From NCBI GenBank assembly GCA_002811645.1, contig PDIP01000035.1, positions 248,001 through 312,000 on the forward strand: DNA of 64,000 nt. The letters run 5' to 3'. The DNA is from Corallochytrium limacisporum Hawaii. Lineage: Eukaryota; Protista; Pluriformea. Numbering within the stretch: position 1 is the first letter of the stretch; each line of letters opens with the position of its first letter. The notes beneath the pieces are model-generated. The model saw only the letters and a program-made list of their open reading frames with translations, searched no databases and was not told the DNA's origin. Position numbers and translations under genes: made by a program. Shown in pieces: positions 46,201-57,899 of this stretch.

Positions 46201-47579
46201 GATGACACACACTATCTAGTCTCTTTTTTGGTAGTAGTGGTGTGGTGGTCGTTCTCCGATCTTATCCTTCCCCTCTCTCTCTCTGTGTGTGTGTCTCTCT
46301 CTGTTCCTCTCTTTCTTTCCGTGCTTTTCTTCGGACCTTTAAGAGTAACGGCCATGATTCTTTTGGCCACAGTTGTTTTTTTTTGATTGCCAAAGTTGTT
46401 GTGTTGCTTGAGAATGTGCCTGTCTGCCCTGCTAATCTGACGGAAAGAAAGATTTTGGTCACACACCTCTCAAAAACTCACTCCGGGGTGGGGCCGGAAA
46501 AGAAAAGGAGAAAGAGAGAGAAAGAAAAAGAAAGAAAAACCATGGAGCCTCGATGGTTTGTGGGCTGGGAAACCGGAACGAGCTCGTCCCGCGCGCTTCG
46601 TCGCGGGGCTCGCTCTGCCCCCCCCCTCTCTCTATCTCCCTCTCTCTCTGAGGTGTCTGTTGCCGTGTTTTTTTCCATAAATTTTCCTTGCTCTTTTGGT
46701 TACGGAGACGATGGGTGATCGTCTGGATGTAATTCTGGAAACCCCGTTCTCCGGGGTACTCTCTTCGTTCTCTTTCTTTCTCTTTCTTTTCGTTACTTTA
46801 TTTTCTGGACATATACTTTCACTATAGCCGGACGGACGAATCCAGACGCACTGAGAAAGTGAGAGGTCTCCGTTGGGAACAAATTTTGCTCGGAGTTTCT
46901 GCGGGATTCTTCGGGGATCTCTTAGATTGTTGTGTTGCAGAGCATTGGCCTTCAATAGACAAGCAAAAGATTAGGGGTTTTGTTTTATTTTAAATGTCTA
47001 GTTCTCCTCAGACTTGCATCTCCGGGACCCGCTCCATCTGGGAAAATGAAAGAAAGAAATGCTTAATCACACTCATACACACACACCTGAGAAAGCCCGG
47101 AGTGAGAAGGCACAGGAGAAAAAAACTATGAAACAAAACAAAAAGAAAAGTAAAAGAGAAACAGAACAATTCAAACTAGTAGAATTCAATCCAAACAACC
47201 GGGAAAGGAAAGTAAGCAATATGAGAAAATATAAAGAAACATCTCGGACAATGAATAAGCCCCGAAGAGAGGCTTCTGTATGGTATACTTGGATAGTATT
47301 TACTATCTGCCGCCTCTCTCTCTCTCTTTTTCATTTTTGATTCGTTCTAAAACTCTTGGGTTTTTATTTCTTTCTCTCTCTCTCTCTCTGTGTCTCCTCC
47401 CTGCTTTTCCTTTGCCCGCCCCGCGGTTAGTGTCCCTACTACCGCTAATCTCATAATGACTGTACTGGATCTATTGGTTCTCTGCGGTATGTTTGTTATG
47501 CACCGCGATCGATCTCCACTTTTTTCCCTCTTTGGCCCTTACAATTCTTTCTCCGCGCATTCCAGCACATTTCATCCGA

Positions 47580-47583
<4 letters not shown>

Positions 47584-47624
<41 letters not shown>
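47584..47624. repeat. (CT)n microsatellite
   Basis: Read directly from sequence. Confidence 0.95.
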
Positions 47625-47628
<4 letters not shown>

Positions 47629-49500
47629 CTGTGTTTGTCTTTCTTCTTTGCTCTTAGGAGCCGCGCTTTACTACGTTCGTTCCTTTTGTTGCACGGTGTG
47701 GAACAGTTTCTCGCGTAGGTTGGCTATATAAATTTCCTTGCGGAGTAGGCAAGAACTGGAGAGAAAGAAAGAGAGGAAAGAAAAGAAGGAGAGAAGAAAA
47801 ATAAAAAGGAAGCAAAACGACAATTACACAAAGCGGCCCTGCAAAAGGGGCCCAGAGGGAAAAGAAGAAAAGAATGGGCGCTCTTTTGCCTTGCGCAAAA
47901 AAGAATAAAAAAGTTGGGCAGGGTCAGGGTGGCGATCGACTCTCTCGGTTGTGCGATGCAATGTACATAGAAATGGATGCGCCACACTTGCTTTTTTTAA
48001 TTCTTTCTTCTTCTCTCTCTTTTTCCAATATAAAAAATAACAATATAAAAAATAAGAAAAAAATGGAAGGAAGGGGGGGATGGTTGTTGTCGGGTGTCAA
48101 ATTTCTCATCAATTTTTTGTTTTCATTGCTCTTTTCGTGAAAGGCCCCCCCCGGGGGGGGGGGCCACGGGGCGGCTTAGTTTTTGCCTTATTTTTTTAAA
48201 AGCACTCTTGCTCCGCACCGGCCAAAGGTTGGCCGCCGGAGGGTTTTAAAAAATTAAGGGTTCGGCCAAGGGGGCCAAAACCCCCCGCTCTTTTTTTTTT
48301 CCCTTCCCTTGGCTTGCACTGCCCACACCTCGCGGTGTGGGCCACCGCCCAACCCGGCGGGAGCGACACCAGGGCCCATACTTTCACTACGAAAAATAGG
48401 CGGGAAGAACAGAGGGGGAGGGGCCGTTTGGTGGTTCTCTTGTGTGTGTGTGTGTGTGTGTGTGGGCACCGGGCCGTGGACCGCAGAACGCCGATTAAGC
48501 AGTAGCGGTCTGAAACCGGTGGGCCTGCAGGGCAGCAGGAAGTTTGCGGGAGCGGTGATCGGGCCTCGTCGGTGGCCGAGGGAATCCATCGTCATTTGTG
48601 TTCTCCTTTTGGATGTTTGGGAGAGTCGCATCTGGTTGCATGGAGTGAAAAGGAAAGATGCCCCGGAGCACCTCAAGTTGGATTGGGAGTGGGAAAACGA
48701 GAGATCTCAAGGATGATGCTGCTAAAAGGCTCCGCGCTTTGATCTTGGCTGAAGAAGAATCCCTTCAATAGATAGGCCTTGGCTCATCATTCCGAGCCCG
48801 TGACGTAGTAGCAAGTAATCGGAATTGAAACCCCCGGGTGTCTGCTTTCTGTACTGTGGGATATGGGGCTAATCGGTGTCGATGGATGGTGGCAGTGGCC
48901 TTCACTGCTTGCGATTACGCCACCAGATCTGCGCTCCCAGCTGCTTCTAACTGGCAAATCAGCCGCAGAATGATCCTGCGGGACGCGACGATGGTAGCCA
49001 TTTGCGAAAGGTTGGTACACCGCAGTTTAGGCACCCGCCTTGAGCTACGGTACGAATGCATAAGTTCGATTGCAGAGTGATCATCAAGATGGCCAGCAGC
49101 TTCGGGATGGTGTAACCCATCTACCGATCGAATGGCCATAGTTGCCATTCGGCCGTCATCCCACGGAGATCATTCGACGACCGGACTCGCTTTGGTGACA
49201 TTGAGCCTCAATGGGTTTCTGTCTCGCCTTTATGGTGCCTTTACGATGACCGCATCCGTAAAGCTGAAACGATCCTCCGTCCACACCCCGGCGCCGGCGC
49301 CACTGTAGGGCAGGAGGATGGACGGGTTACAATCCTTCGGGAAAAACACCCGTGTCTATTCTCACATTGTATCGATTCTATTGAAACCAAGATTCAAGAC
49401 TGTCACTGCATAATGCTGACCAGAAGGATTTGAATCTGAATGCTGTCACAGTGATGGAAATGTGGTGACCCTTGTGCGAATCTTTGGGGTAAGCTCAGTC

Positions 49501-52500
49501 TCACAAAAGGGATGTCCATTGGAGGTCCTCCAGGTGGTCTGGATCACTGGGTAGTTCCTGTGCGGTGAAGATTGCTCTGGGATCCCCATGGTTGCCTGCC
49601 ACATCGTAGTCGTAGTCCATTCCAAACTCTTCTTCCGCTTCTTCGTCCTCATCGTGATCCTGCCAGTAGTACTCGTCGTCATCTTCTGGCATCTGAATGA
49701 AGTGAAGGCCATTGTCATCCAGTGTGAGGTGCTTCTCCAACAGAGAGCCGAGGGCTTTGGTGGAATCTTCGGCCATAGTCATACCTTCCCGCAGCTTGTA
49801 CTCGCTCGGGAACAAAACATCCAACTGTGATCCGAGCACGGCTCTGGACATCCACGTATCTGCAATAGCGGATGTGGATCTGCGGGAGATCTTATCCTCT
49901 CTTCCATACTCGACCTGCTCGTGCAGGCGGTCTTGGTCTCCATGGCGCACCACGCATCCGTTCCGCACGGCAAACGTCAGCACCGTCTTCCAGCGCAAAT
50001 CTGTCAGCAGAAAATCCGGATCGCCGACAATCACCAACAGACCTTTCGATCGCGTGATGGCCACATTGAATCGACGTGGTTGGTTGACCAGTCCCACACC
50101 CTGAGTGAGGTCCAGGCCAAGCGAGCTTCGGCTGGTGCGCACCGTATTGAGAACTGTGACTCGGCGTTCCTGTCCCTGGTAGTCCTCGACGATACCGACG
50201 TCCACGCCAGCCAGACCATCGGCACGAAGCATTGTACGCAACCGCCGTACGTGAGATCGAAACGGACAAATTACGGCAATGTCGGTCTGTTTAGCACGAC
50301 CGCTGTCCACAATCAAGCGACACATATTGGCCGTTCTGACGATCTCGGCTGGATTGTAGAAGCTCGTGGCAAAATCGGCTTCCTGGAGGTCCAGACCAAA
50401 CACTGGAGCGAACATCAGAGGGATGTTCCGATTCGGCAAGTGTTCCCAGCCGAGGAAGCTGTCTGTCTCACGAATGTCTCCAAAGGGCAGTAGTTCATCA
50501 TGGTAGAACAGATGCGATGGTACGTGCAGCAGCTCCATATGGCTACGATAGTTCCGCTTCAGCATCACAATACCCGAACCGATGTTCAAGTTCAGTTTTG
50601 CGGCTTCAGTTGTGGCCCTTTGCCAGAGGTCACCTTGGGGATTTTGCATGTCGGAACCTTCAGTCGGAGTTCCTTCAGCCGCAGCATTGGCATCCGACAG
50701 CACGTTGTCACTGATGACAGCGTAGCAATGATATCTGAGCATCAATCGTCCCATGAGGCTCACGTCATAGCCGTGTTTGCGAGCAAAGCGAGACCGGATG
50801 GGCGGGCCCAATTGCTTCGGATCTCCGGCGAGGACGACCGCTGCGTTTGGTCGGAGCATCGCAAAGGGAACTAGGCTTTCAGGTTCCGTGGCTTGGCCTG
50901 CCTCGTCCATACAGAGCACATCAAACAGACCAGGCATCCCCCGTAGGCGTTTACCACTAGCACGATCCGTATTGTTCTTCTTCTGCTCTGAAACCATCCC
51001 GTGTAGCATGGCGGACGCAAGGCAGGTGGTCACTACAACCTTTAGCGCACATGGCCGGATGGTATGCTTCTCCTGTCCCACGTCTTTGCGATCAATGACG
51101 AGATCGCTCATGCGTGGAAGCCGGAAGCTCGCATCTTCTGGATCAATCAGACAGTATCGTTGCAGACTAATGGGCGTCTCACTCAAGCCACGCTGTGGAG
51201 AACACAGGCGCAGCATGTGTGCAGGACCCAGGTGTCGAGCCAGGCGGGCTGTGAGCACGTCCGCAGCTTGATCACTCGGGGCTACCACTAGCACATTCCT
51301 TCGATGCGGCAGGTCGTAGTCAGCAGGTAATGCCCCGCTTTCGACGTTGACCATACTTTCTCCGTTCGGATAATCGTCACTGATCTTTCTCAATCGCTTC
51401 TCATCTTCTTCGCGTTCCTGCCCCGTTGCGTATACTCGCTTGGTAGCCTCGCCCATGAATTGGTTCAGAATGATCTCCACCAGGGTCTTGGTTTTGCCTG
51501 TTCCTGGCGGACCGAACACCAGGAAAGGCCGACCATTGGCCCACCCCTTGGAAGTCCGGTGCACCGCCTGCTTTTGCTCCAAGTTCAAAGTGGGATCGTA
51601 GGTCTTGAGATGGACTGCAGACTCAACATGGTTTGCATCGGCATCCCTGTCCACCTGCGGTAGCTTAACAGGGTACACGTAGTTGTCAATTCGGAAACTC
51701 GAAACAGAAGAGCCCTGAAAATCTTCCCATTCTTCCAACTCTGGATCAGAATGTGCCATTTCCCACAGACGATGCAGGGCACTGAGCATCAGCCAATCGG
51801 CCGAGTTATTGAGGGTAAAGTGTAGATTACATTTGCTCGCACCTTGACCCGGAACCGGCAACAACAAGCCCTCGGCTTCCCATTGCAGGCAAATCGTGAC
51901 TTCGCCCCCCACTCTATCCACATTCATTACCACACACTGAAACTTTGCCCAGTACATGGCGTGAAAGCGTACCTCAATGGTGTCTCCTCGACGGACTGGG
52001 GGTTTTGATTCGATAACCCCCGGTACTACAGCCTTTGCCAAGCACAGTGGCTGCTGTTTCCGATCTCTCTGCTGCCGCCGGTGGGAAGACCGCACCGCTT
52101 TCAGTAGAATGCCCCGCTGGCCGAACAGACGGAACATGTCTGCTTGTTTCTTGCGCTCTTCCGAGATGAGGAGTAAGGAGTTCCGGACTAGCATTTGTGT
52201 GGACGGGTCACAGTCACCCAGGTTCTGATCAGCGGACAAATAGTTATTGAACCACTTGTACGGGCCCAATGCATTTCTCATATGTCCGGCAATCCGCACA
52301 TGTTTTTCTGCTCGGATATCTAGCACGCCACGGTTCTGAGGTTGCGCACGAACGAGCGTAACAAGATCCCCTAAGGTTCCAGGTATGTACGGTGTTGTAT
52401 AGACTTGGTGAGGGGGGACAAAATCCAGGTCAATCATCCACTGGGGAATAAACGGTCTGGCGCGTGGATTGAACTGTGACTGCATTCCCGGTGGGCACAC

Positions 52501-53430
52501 CGTTCCGCGAACAGGGAGAACAATGACCGATTCCGCTGGGTAGGCCACTGTGGGACCCAAGAGGCAGCAAATCCACCCTGTCTTGCCCACAACCTCATTT
52601 CGCATCAAATCATGCTCCTTGGCCCCCGGATTCCCGGATGGTGAATACTTTGCTTGACACTCTAGAGTTACTTTCACGTTGCCATTATCCAGCACCACGC
52701 TCTCCTGTGGATCAAGTCGGACTGTGTACAGCGTGGTGGCCTTCCAGGGTGGACGCGATGATCCATCCCCTTCCTCCTCGCTGTCCCTTTCACTTGCCTC
52801 TCTGACGTGACCAAGAGCGGACGCATTTTCTATCAGAGCGATTTGATTCTCATACAATTCAAAATACAACTGTCCCACAACGTCAATTCCTTGACGTTGA
52901 CTGAAGGGTTCCTCAATCATGTAAAATCTGACTGTCCGAACATCCTGGGGCACCTCAACGGTAAGCTCGAGTGCGGTGATGGACTCTTCGTTGTTGGGAA
53001 TCAACCCATAGTTCAACTCCTTGTTCTGAAAACGAAACCCCCGACCTATCGTAGCATAATAATTGATTGAGTTATAGTGCCGTTGGGCCATGCGGATAAT
53101 GTTCCGTACTGTGCGCAGGTGTCCTTTCGTGCTGTCATCATCGCTCGACGCTGTCTTCAGTGCAGAGATCAACCACTCCACGCGTTCACTTATTGGGGCC
53201 CGACGCTCGTAGATGAACCAGTGCGCCGGATTCTTTGGTCTCCTCTTGAATGATTGTGTGTCTGCTGTGCTACGATGTGCGTTTGACCCTGAACTGCGGG
53301 TATCACTGCGGCTAACCGCTTGCGGCATCCCGTAACCGTTTCGGTGTCTGTAACCATAGTCTGTGGCGTTCGGGTTGGATCGGTTTCCCCTTGTCATGTG
53401 TTTCTCTCTACTCGTTCCCCGATCACTCAT
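49501..53430 (-). CDS. MOV10: MOV10/SDE3/Armitage-like UPF1-family (SF1) RNA helicase
   Basis: VPGVIESKPPVRRGD (MOV10-type), FGPPGTGKTKTLVE, APSDQAAD, DEAGQATEPE, LAGDPKQLGP, NYRSH, VEDYQGQE, RFNVAITR. Confidence 0.88.
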   Translation of the reverse strand: MSDRGTSREKHMTRGNRSNPNATDYGYRHRNGYGMPQAVSRSDTRSSGSNAHRSTADTQSFKRRPKNPAHWFIYERRAPISERVEWLISALKTASSDDDSTKGHLRTVRNIIRMAQRHYNSINYYATIGRGFRFQNKELNYGLIPNNEESITALELTVEVPQDVRTVRFYMIEEPFSQRQGIDVVGQLYFELYENQIALIENASALGHVREASERDSEEEGDGSSRPPWKATTLYTVRLDPQESVVLDNGNVKVTLECQAKYSPSGNPGAKEHDLMRNEVVGKTGWICCLLGPTVAYPAESVIVLPVRGTVCPPGMQSQFNPRARPFIPQWMIDLDFVPPHQVYTTPYIPGTLGDLVTLVRAQPQNRGVLDIRAEKHVRIAGHMRNALGPYKWFNNYLSADQNLGDCDPSTQMLVRNSLLLISEERKKQADMFRLFGQRGILLKAVRSSHRRQQRDRKQQPLCLAKAVVPGVIESKPPVRRGDTIEVRFHAMYWAKFQCVVMNVDRVGGEVTICLQWEAEGLLLPVPGQGASKCNLHFTLNNSADWLMLSALHRLWEMAHSDPELEEWEDFQGSSVSSFRIDNYVYPVKLPQVDRDADANHVESAVHLKTYDPTLNLEQKQAVHRTSKGWANGRPFLVFGPPGTGKTKTLVEIILNQFMGEATKRVYATGQEREEDEKRLRKISDDYPNGESMVNVESGALPADYDLPHRRNVLVVAPSDQAADVLTARLARHLGPAHMLRLCSPQRGLSETPISLQRYCLIDPEDASFRLPRMSDLVIDRKDVGQEKHTIRPCALKVVVTTCLASAMLHGMVSEQKKNNTDRASGKRLRGMPGLFDVLCMDEAGQATEPESLVPFAMLRPNAAVVLAGDPKQLGPPIRSRFARKHGYDVSLMGRLMLRYHCYAVISDNVLSDANAAAEGTPTEGSDMQNPQGDLWQRATTEAAKLNLNIGSGIVMLKRNYRSHMELLHVPSHLFYHDELLPFGDIRETDSFLGWEHLPNRNIPLMFAPVFGLDLQEADFATSFYNPAEIVRTANMCRLIVDSGRAKQTDIAVICPFRSHVRRLRTMLRADGLAGVDVGIVEDYQGQERRVTVLNTVRTSRSSLGLDLTQGVGLVNQPRRFNVAITRSKGLLVIVGDPDFLLTDLRWKTVLTFAVRNGCVVRHGDQDRLHEQVEYGREDKISRRSTSAIADTWMSRAVLGSQLDVLFPSEYKLREGMTMAEDSTKALGSLLEKHLTLDDNGLHFIQMPEDDDEYYWQDHDEDEEAEEEFGMDYDYDVAGNHGDPRAIFTAQELPSDPDHLEDLQWTSLL

Positions 53431-54745
53431 GGTCTTCTATATTGTTGCGGGTCAAATCTATCTATGTCAGCATGCCAGACCATCCGTGCTGCGGATCGTG
53501 CGCAGAAAACGTCATGCCCGAGAGCGCACATCACCTGCGATCAATGCATCAACGTTGTTTTCCTGTGTCACATTGAATTCTAAGACTCTTCCTCGGTAAC
53601 AGATAGACCTATCTCATCTTTTGACACAGGTCTTGAAATAACGTTGCACACAACTCCATTCCACTCGCAATACGAACCGAACAATGCGACAGCGGATCTC
53701 AGGCCGATGGTCCCATTTTCTGGGAGAGGGCCACGGAAAAAGAGCAAGAAAGAGCGGAGGGGAGGGTGAGCCGGACCTTCCAATTTTCTCGAACCCTTCC
53801 ACAAGCACGCACTGGCTGGTGGGAACAGAGAGAGCCAAGGCCCACCGGGGCGCCCCCCCCCTCCTCCCATCTGAAGACTGACCTCGCGCGTGAGCAAAAC
53901 AAAGGAACGTGAGCACGCATTACTACGCCGAAGAGATCAGCCCAAAGGCTATAAGTGGCGTGTAGGATTATGAAATAAGTGCAATCATTTGCTTTATTCT
54001 CTGGCTCCATTGCCTTCCCGGTAATAACTCGAACAGGCCTTCCGCTTTTTCCTGAAGATTTCCGTGCCGGGGAGGACGAGCACCACCGGTGCTGGGGTCC
54101 AACAAACAACCATTCAAAGTTGCGGCCCTTGGCATATGATCAAGGTGTCCGTGAATTTTTTCCTGCCCCTCGTTGGGCTTCTTTCACTACTTCTCCAGGT
54201 CTCGACTTATCTGCAATCTCTGTCCACAGGAAACAATGAAGCTGACTCACAAACTCGCTCGTATCTTCATTTTGCTCTCCTTGCCTCTGGCTGTAAAGTC
54301 AACCATCCTCTGCTTCTCTTTATTCTGTGACGATATCAATAGTAAACATACCTCTTGGATGTCCGCAGGCAGCAATACGCCTCGGATCGTGTGCTTGCGG
54401 CGCCGCCAGTCGCGCGCGTTCTATACTCGTGCCTCACCCTTCTGAACGAAATATTCCACTCTCTGTAGTGTAAATGTACTGCGTATTTCCTTTGAGGATA
54501 CCCTGAATCCACAAATTGCATCCCATACTAAATATACCAGTGATTTTTCGATACGGTGGGTGACACGGTGTTGGCCGACACCTCTTTACAGAATAGTGGT
54601 AGGATCCAGTATCGCCTCGGATCTTGTGCGCATGGTGATGCTCCAACTGGGACGGGTGCACTGCATTCCGTGCAGAGCGGACGTAGCAGCCGGTTGCTCA
54701 GTGCCCGGGTCACGTTCACTGCCGAAGGCCGTCCCGAGCACGGTC

Positions 54746-54797
54746 ATGACGCTGATGCTGCGTGGACGATGATGACGCTGATGCTGCGTGGACGATG
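54746..54797 (+). repeat. Perfect 26-bp tandem duplication
   Basis: atgacgctgatgctgcgtggacgatg occurs twice in tandem. Confidence 0.95.
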
Positions 54798-55101
54798 AGA
54801 AAGAACAGCAAACCAGATTGATGGTGGTGCGGCATGGCAATCGCTCGGTGGCCAACCGTAGCTGTGAGACAGTGGCAGTGCCTCTAGAATTGAGAGAGCA
54901 GGAGCTAGCGAACGGGTTCTGACCACGTCAAGATGGGGCATGCACCGCTGCGCATCTGGCACGTGGCGTGAATCACAAACTTGAAATTAACTAAACCTCA
55001 TGCGTGCTGATTGTATACATGTGATACAGAATATCTTTGTTTTAAAACAATTGTGAGTCTTGAAATCCGCGGGGTTGGTTTTGTAATATTGTGAAAGCCC
55101 C

Positions 55102-56010
55102 TTACTTCTTACCCTTTTCCTTGCCTTCCCCGTCCTTCTTGTTGAATCGCCCACCCTGACCACGGACGCGACGCATGGCATGCTTGTGTCGAGATTCGTG
55201 GAGGTACTTTTGACGCTCCTTGGGCAGACGGTTCTCGGCCTCGAGTTTCTGCCTTGCCGCCCGCCGCTTCAGGATGCGATGGTACTGTTTCGCGTTGACG
55301 TACAACGGTTCCTCCTCTGCGGGCTGTTCAACACCACCGGTTGCTCCAGCAGCCATTTGCATGCTCCGGTACATGTGTTGGAACATCATCGGGAAGAACG
55401 CCGGGTTGACCGCCGGGTTCGCACCACCGGCACCCCCCGCGCCTCCGGCGGCAGCTGCCGCGGCCGCCATTTGGGGCCATGCCGCGGCCATCATTTGCTC
55501 GGGAGTCTGGCCAGCCTGTGCTGATCCATCCGCTCCTCCCTCGGCACCGCCACCATCCTCGTCGTCGTTATCGTGATCCGCGCTCGCACGTTGGCCGGCG
55601 TTCGGATCCGCTGGGGCGCCTGCAGCCGCTGCGTTCTGATAGGCTGCAGCGTAGTTTGCATAATTGTAGGCCGCTGCTTGCTGTTCTGCGGTGGTACTAC
55701 CATTGGCCGCGCCACTCTGGTCCCCAGCCTGCGCTCCCTGCTGGGCCATCATGGCCTGATGCTGCTGTGCGGCTGCGGCAGCCAGCTGTGCCATGTTTAC
55801 GTTCATATCCTGTCCGGCAGCTGTGTTCATCATGCCGGGGTAAAATCCTGCCAGGGTGCCTGCAGCCTGGACAATATCAAATACTTCGTTGTTGTCTTCC
55901 TCTTGGGCGCGGGCCCCTTTTCTGCCTGCGCTATGTGGAGCAGTACCGTTTACTGACGATCCTGTTGTCTTATCTTTACCAGCTGCACTGCGGGTACTAC
56001 GCACTGCCAT
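55102..56010 (-). CDS. NFYA: Nuclear transcription factor Y subunit alpha (HAP2/CBF-B)
   Basis: [18 protein letters not shown]...[21 protein letters not shown], with a Q/A-rich N-terminal region. Confidence 0.96.
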   Translation of the reverse strand: MAVRSTRSAAGKDKTTGSSVNGTAPHSAGRKGARAQEEDNNEVFDIVQAAGTLAGFYPGMMNTAAGQDMNVNMAQLAAAAAQQHQAMMAQQGAQAGDQSGAANGSTTAEQQAAAYNYANYAAAYQNAAAAGAPADPNAGQRASADHDNDDEDGGGAEGGADGSAQAGQTPEQMMAAAWPQMAAAAAAAGGAGGAGGANPAVNPAFFPMMFQHMYRSMQMAAGATGGVEQPAEEEPLYVNAKQYHRILKRRAARQKLEAENRLPKERQKYLHESRHKHAMRRVRGQGGRFNKKDGEGKEKGKK

Positions 56011-57642
56011 GCTTCATACAATGCTCTCTATTTCCTTGTCTGATTTCTCCGTGCGGGGCTCGGCAGTGGTTAATGCATTCTCTTTCACCACCGACCTATG
56101 TAGCAACCTCGTAGCACCCGGAAATCACGTTGAAATATACACTGAACCTTGTACGCTGCACACCGAGATATGTTTCGGTGCTTTCTGAAATAGGATACAG
56201 TAATGATCCCTGCACAGTAGTGAAATATGGGAAACACAGTCCTACGCCGTGGACAAATCATCGCCACGTCCATTAAAGCGCTCTTCCTCCGACACAAGCT
56301 GATGATGAAAAGTTTCACGGACGACACACGCAAAATGCGACAAGAAAGAAACGAAATCTCCCAACACCCAAAAGATCCCAAAAAGTTCCAAGGTATTCGT
56401 CTCCGGCACACTCACACACACACGCAGAAATATTAGAACCCCACCCCAACCAACCAACCAACCCCTCCCGGTTTTTTTTTTCTTTTTGGTATTTTTGCAC
56501 CCACATTTTTCTCGCGCGCCAAAGTCCGTACATCCACCACCCACCACCCGTCCCCCTCCCGCCGTTTCCTCGTTCTCCTGGTGGTTGGCTGGCCATTTTT
56601 TTGCCCGCAAGACGCGGAAAAGAAAAGAAAGGAAAGGCGGGTGGTGGTGGTGGGGAAGCGGGCAACAAAGAAATAAAGGCACACAAAAGTGAAAGAACGG
56701 TGGAAGCCCAATCCCCACTCTCCCTTCGCCCCGAACCAAAGCCACTCAGAAAATGCTTTAAGGTAAAAGTGAAAGAAAAATGAAATAAAAAACAAAGCCA
56801 CGGACTATACACACAGCCGGTTCCTGTCCCACCCTTCGTTTCCTCCGACGACCACAAAGGAAGAAAAAATGGAAAACTAAGGCAAGGCGGGAAAAAGAAT
56901 GATGTGCTAAAGGCTTTAATAAAAAGGGGGTAAAATTAAAGTTTGAGAGAAAAAGCAAAACCAAAAAAAAAAAAAAAAAACAAGGAGCGGGGGCCGGAAT
57001 AAACCGTCGCTGGAGAAGCGCGGACGGGGAGAAGGGGGATATTTCAGCACTAAGATTTTCTATGGAACTACGGGTTGGTCCTGTTCGTCGGCGGTGGTGG
57101 GACACCTCCCTCCACTACCACTCTCCTTCCTCGGGCTCTTTCCTTCTCCTCCTCCTCCTCCTCCCTCCCCCCTCCAAAACCCCTTTTCATTTTTTCTTCA
57201 TGCTTTTCCCCCATTTTTTATTGGGCTTCAGGCCTTGGCGGGTCGGTCAGCAAAGGGATCCTCCCAACCCACCCCATCTGCGACCGCGAGCAGGGACACA
57301 CACACACACAATCAAAAGAAAAAGCAAACTCACACACCCCGTTCTGTCACTACTCAGACTCAAGCACTGAAAGTATGGGGAATTTTCTGCGCAAAAGATT
57401 TGAAAGCAATGCGGAAACCACAGAGAGCGAGAAGGAGAAGAGAGAAAAGAGCGAGTAGAGCGGGAGAGTGGTGGACAGGGTCCCTACTCCGCCCCCTATC
57501 CCGCCTAGTGCGTGGCCCACAAAAAAGTAAGTAAAAAATAGAAAAATGCTTGGGTTCTCTTTGTCCAGGCGAGGAGAGCGAAGGACGACGGAAAGGGAAC
57601 TCGGAGAGGGGGAATTTGTGACAGGGAGACAAATACGCGCTA

Positions 57643-57745
57643 TGATTGGTTGACAATTTAGCCAATCAAAAGGCGGGAAATCGGTGGGGGAGCCGCTCGA
57701 GAGGGGATCAATCGCCGTCAACCGATCGCCGAGGATGGATTGGGC
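57643..57745. promoter_or_regulatory. Cluster of CCAAT boxes upstream of NF-YA
   Basis: TGATTGGTT (ATTGG at 57645), AGCCAATCA (CCAAT at 57662) and GATTGGG (ATTGG at 57739). Confidence 0.5.
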
Positions 57746-57899
57746 TACGCAGTAAGATAGTGGATGATGACACGCACATAAGGAGGAACACAGACACAGC
57801 CAGATACAGATCTTGCAAAAATGTACAATAACTACGGGGTGTATCTATGGATGAGAAAATGAATTTTGGGGGTTGTCGTGCCGGCTGGATGCTTGATGC

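Noticed and set aside
49030-49150. DGVTHLPI resembling actin GDGVTHTVPI
   Set aside because: Stops in frame, wrong spacing to other actin motifs and no further similarity.
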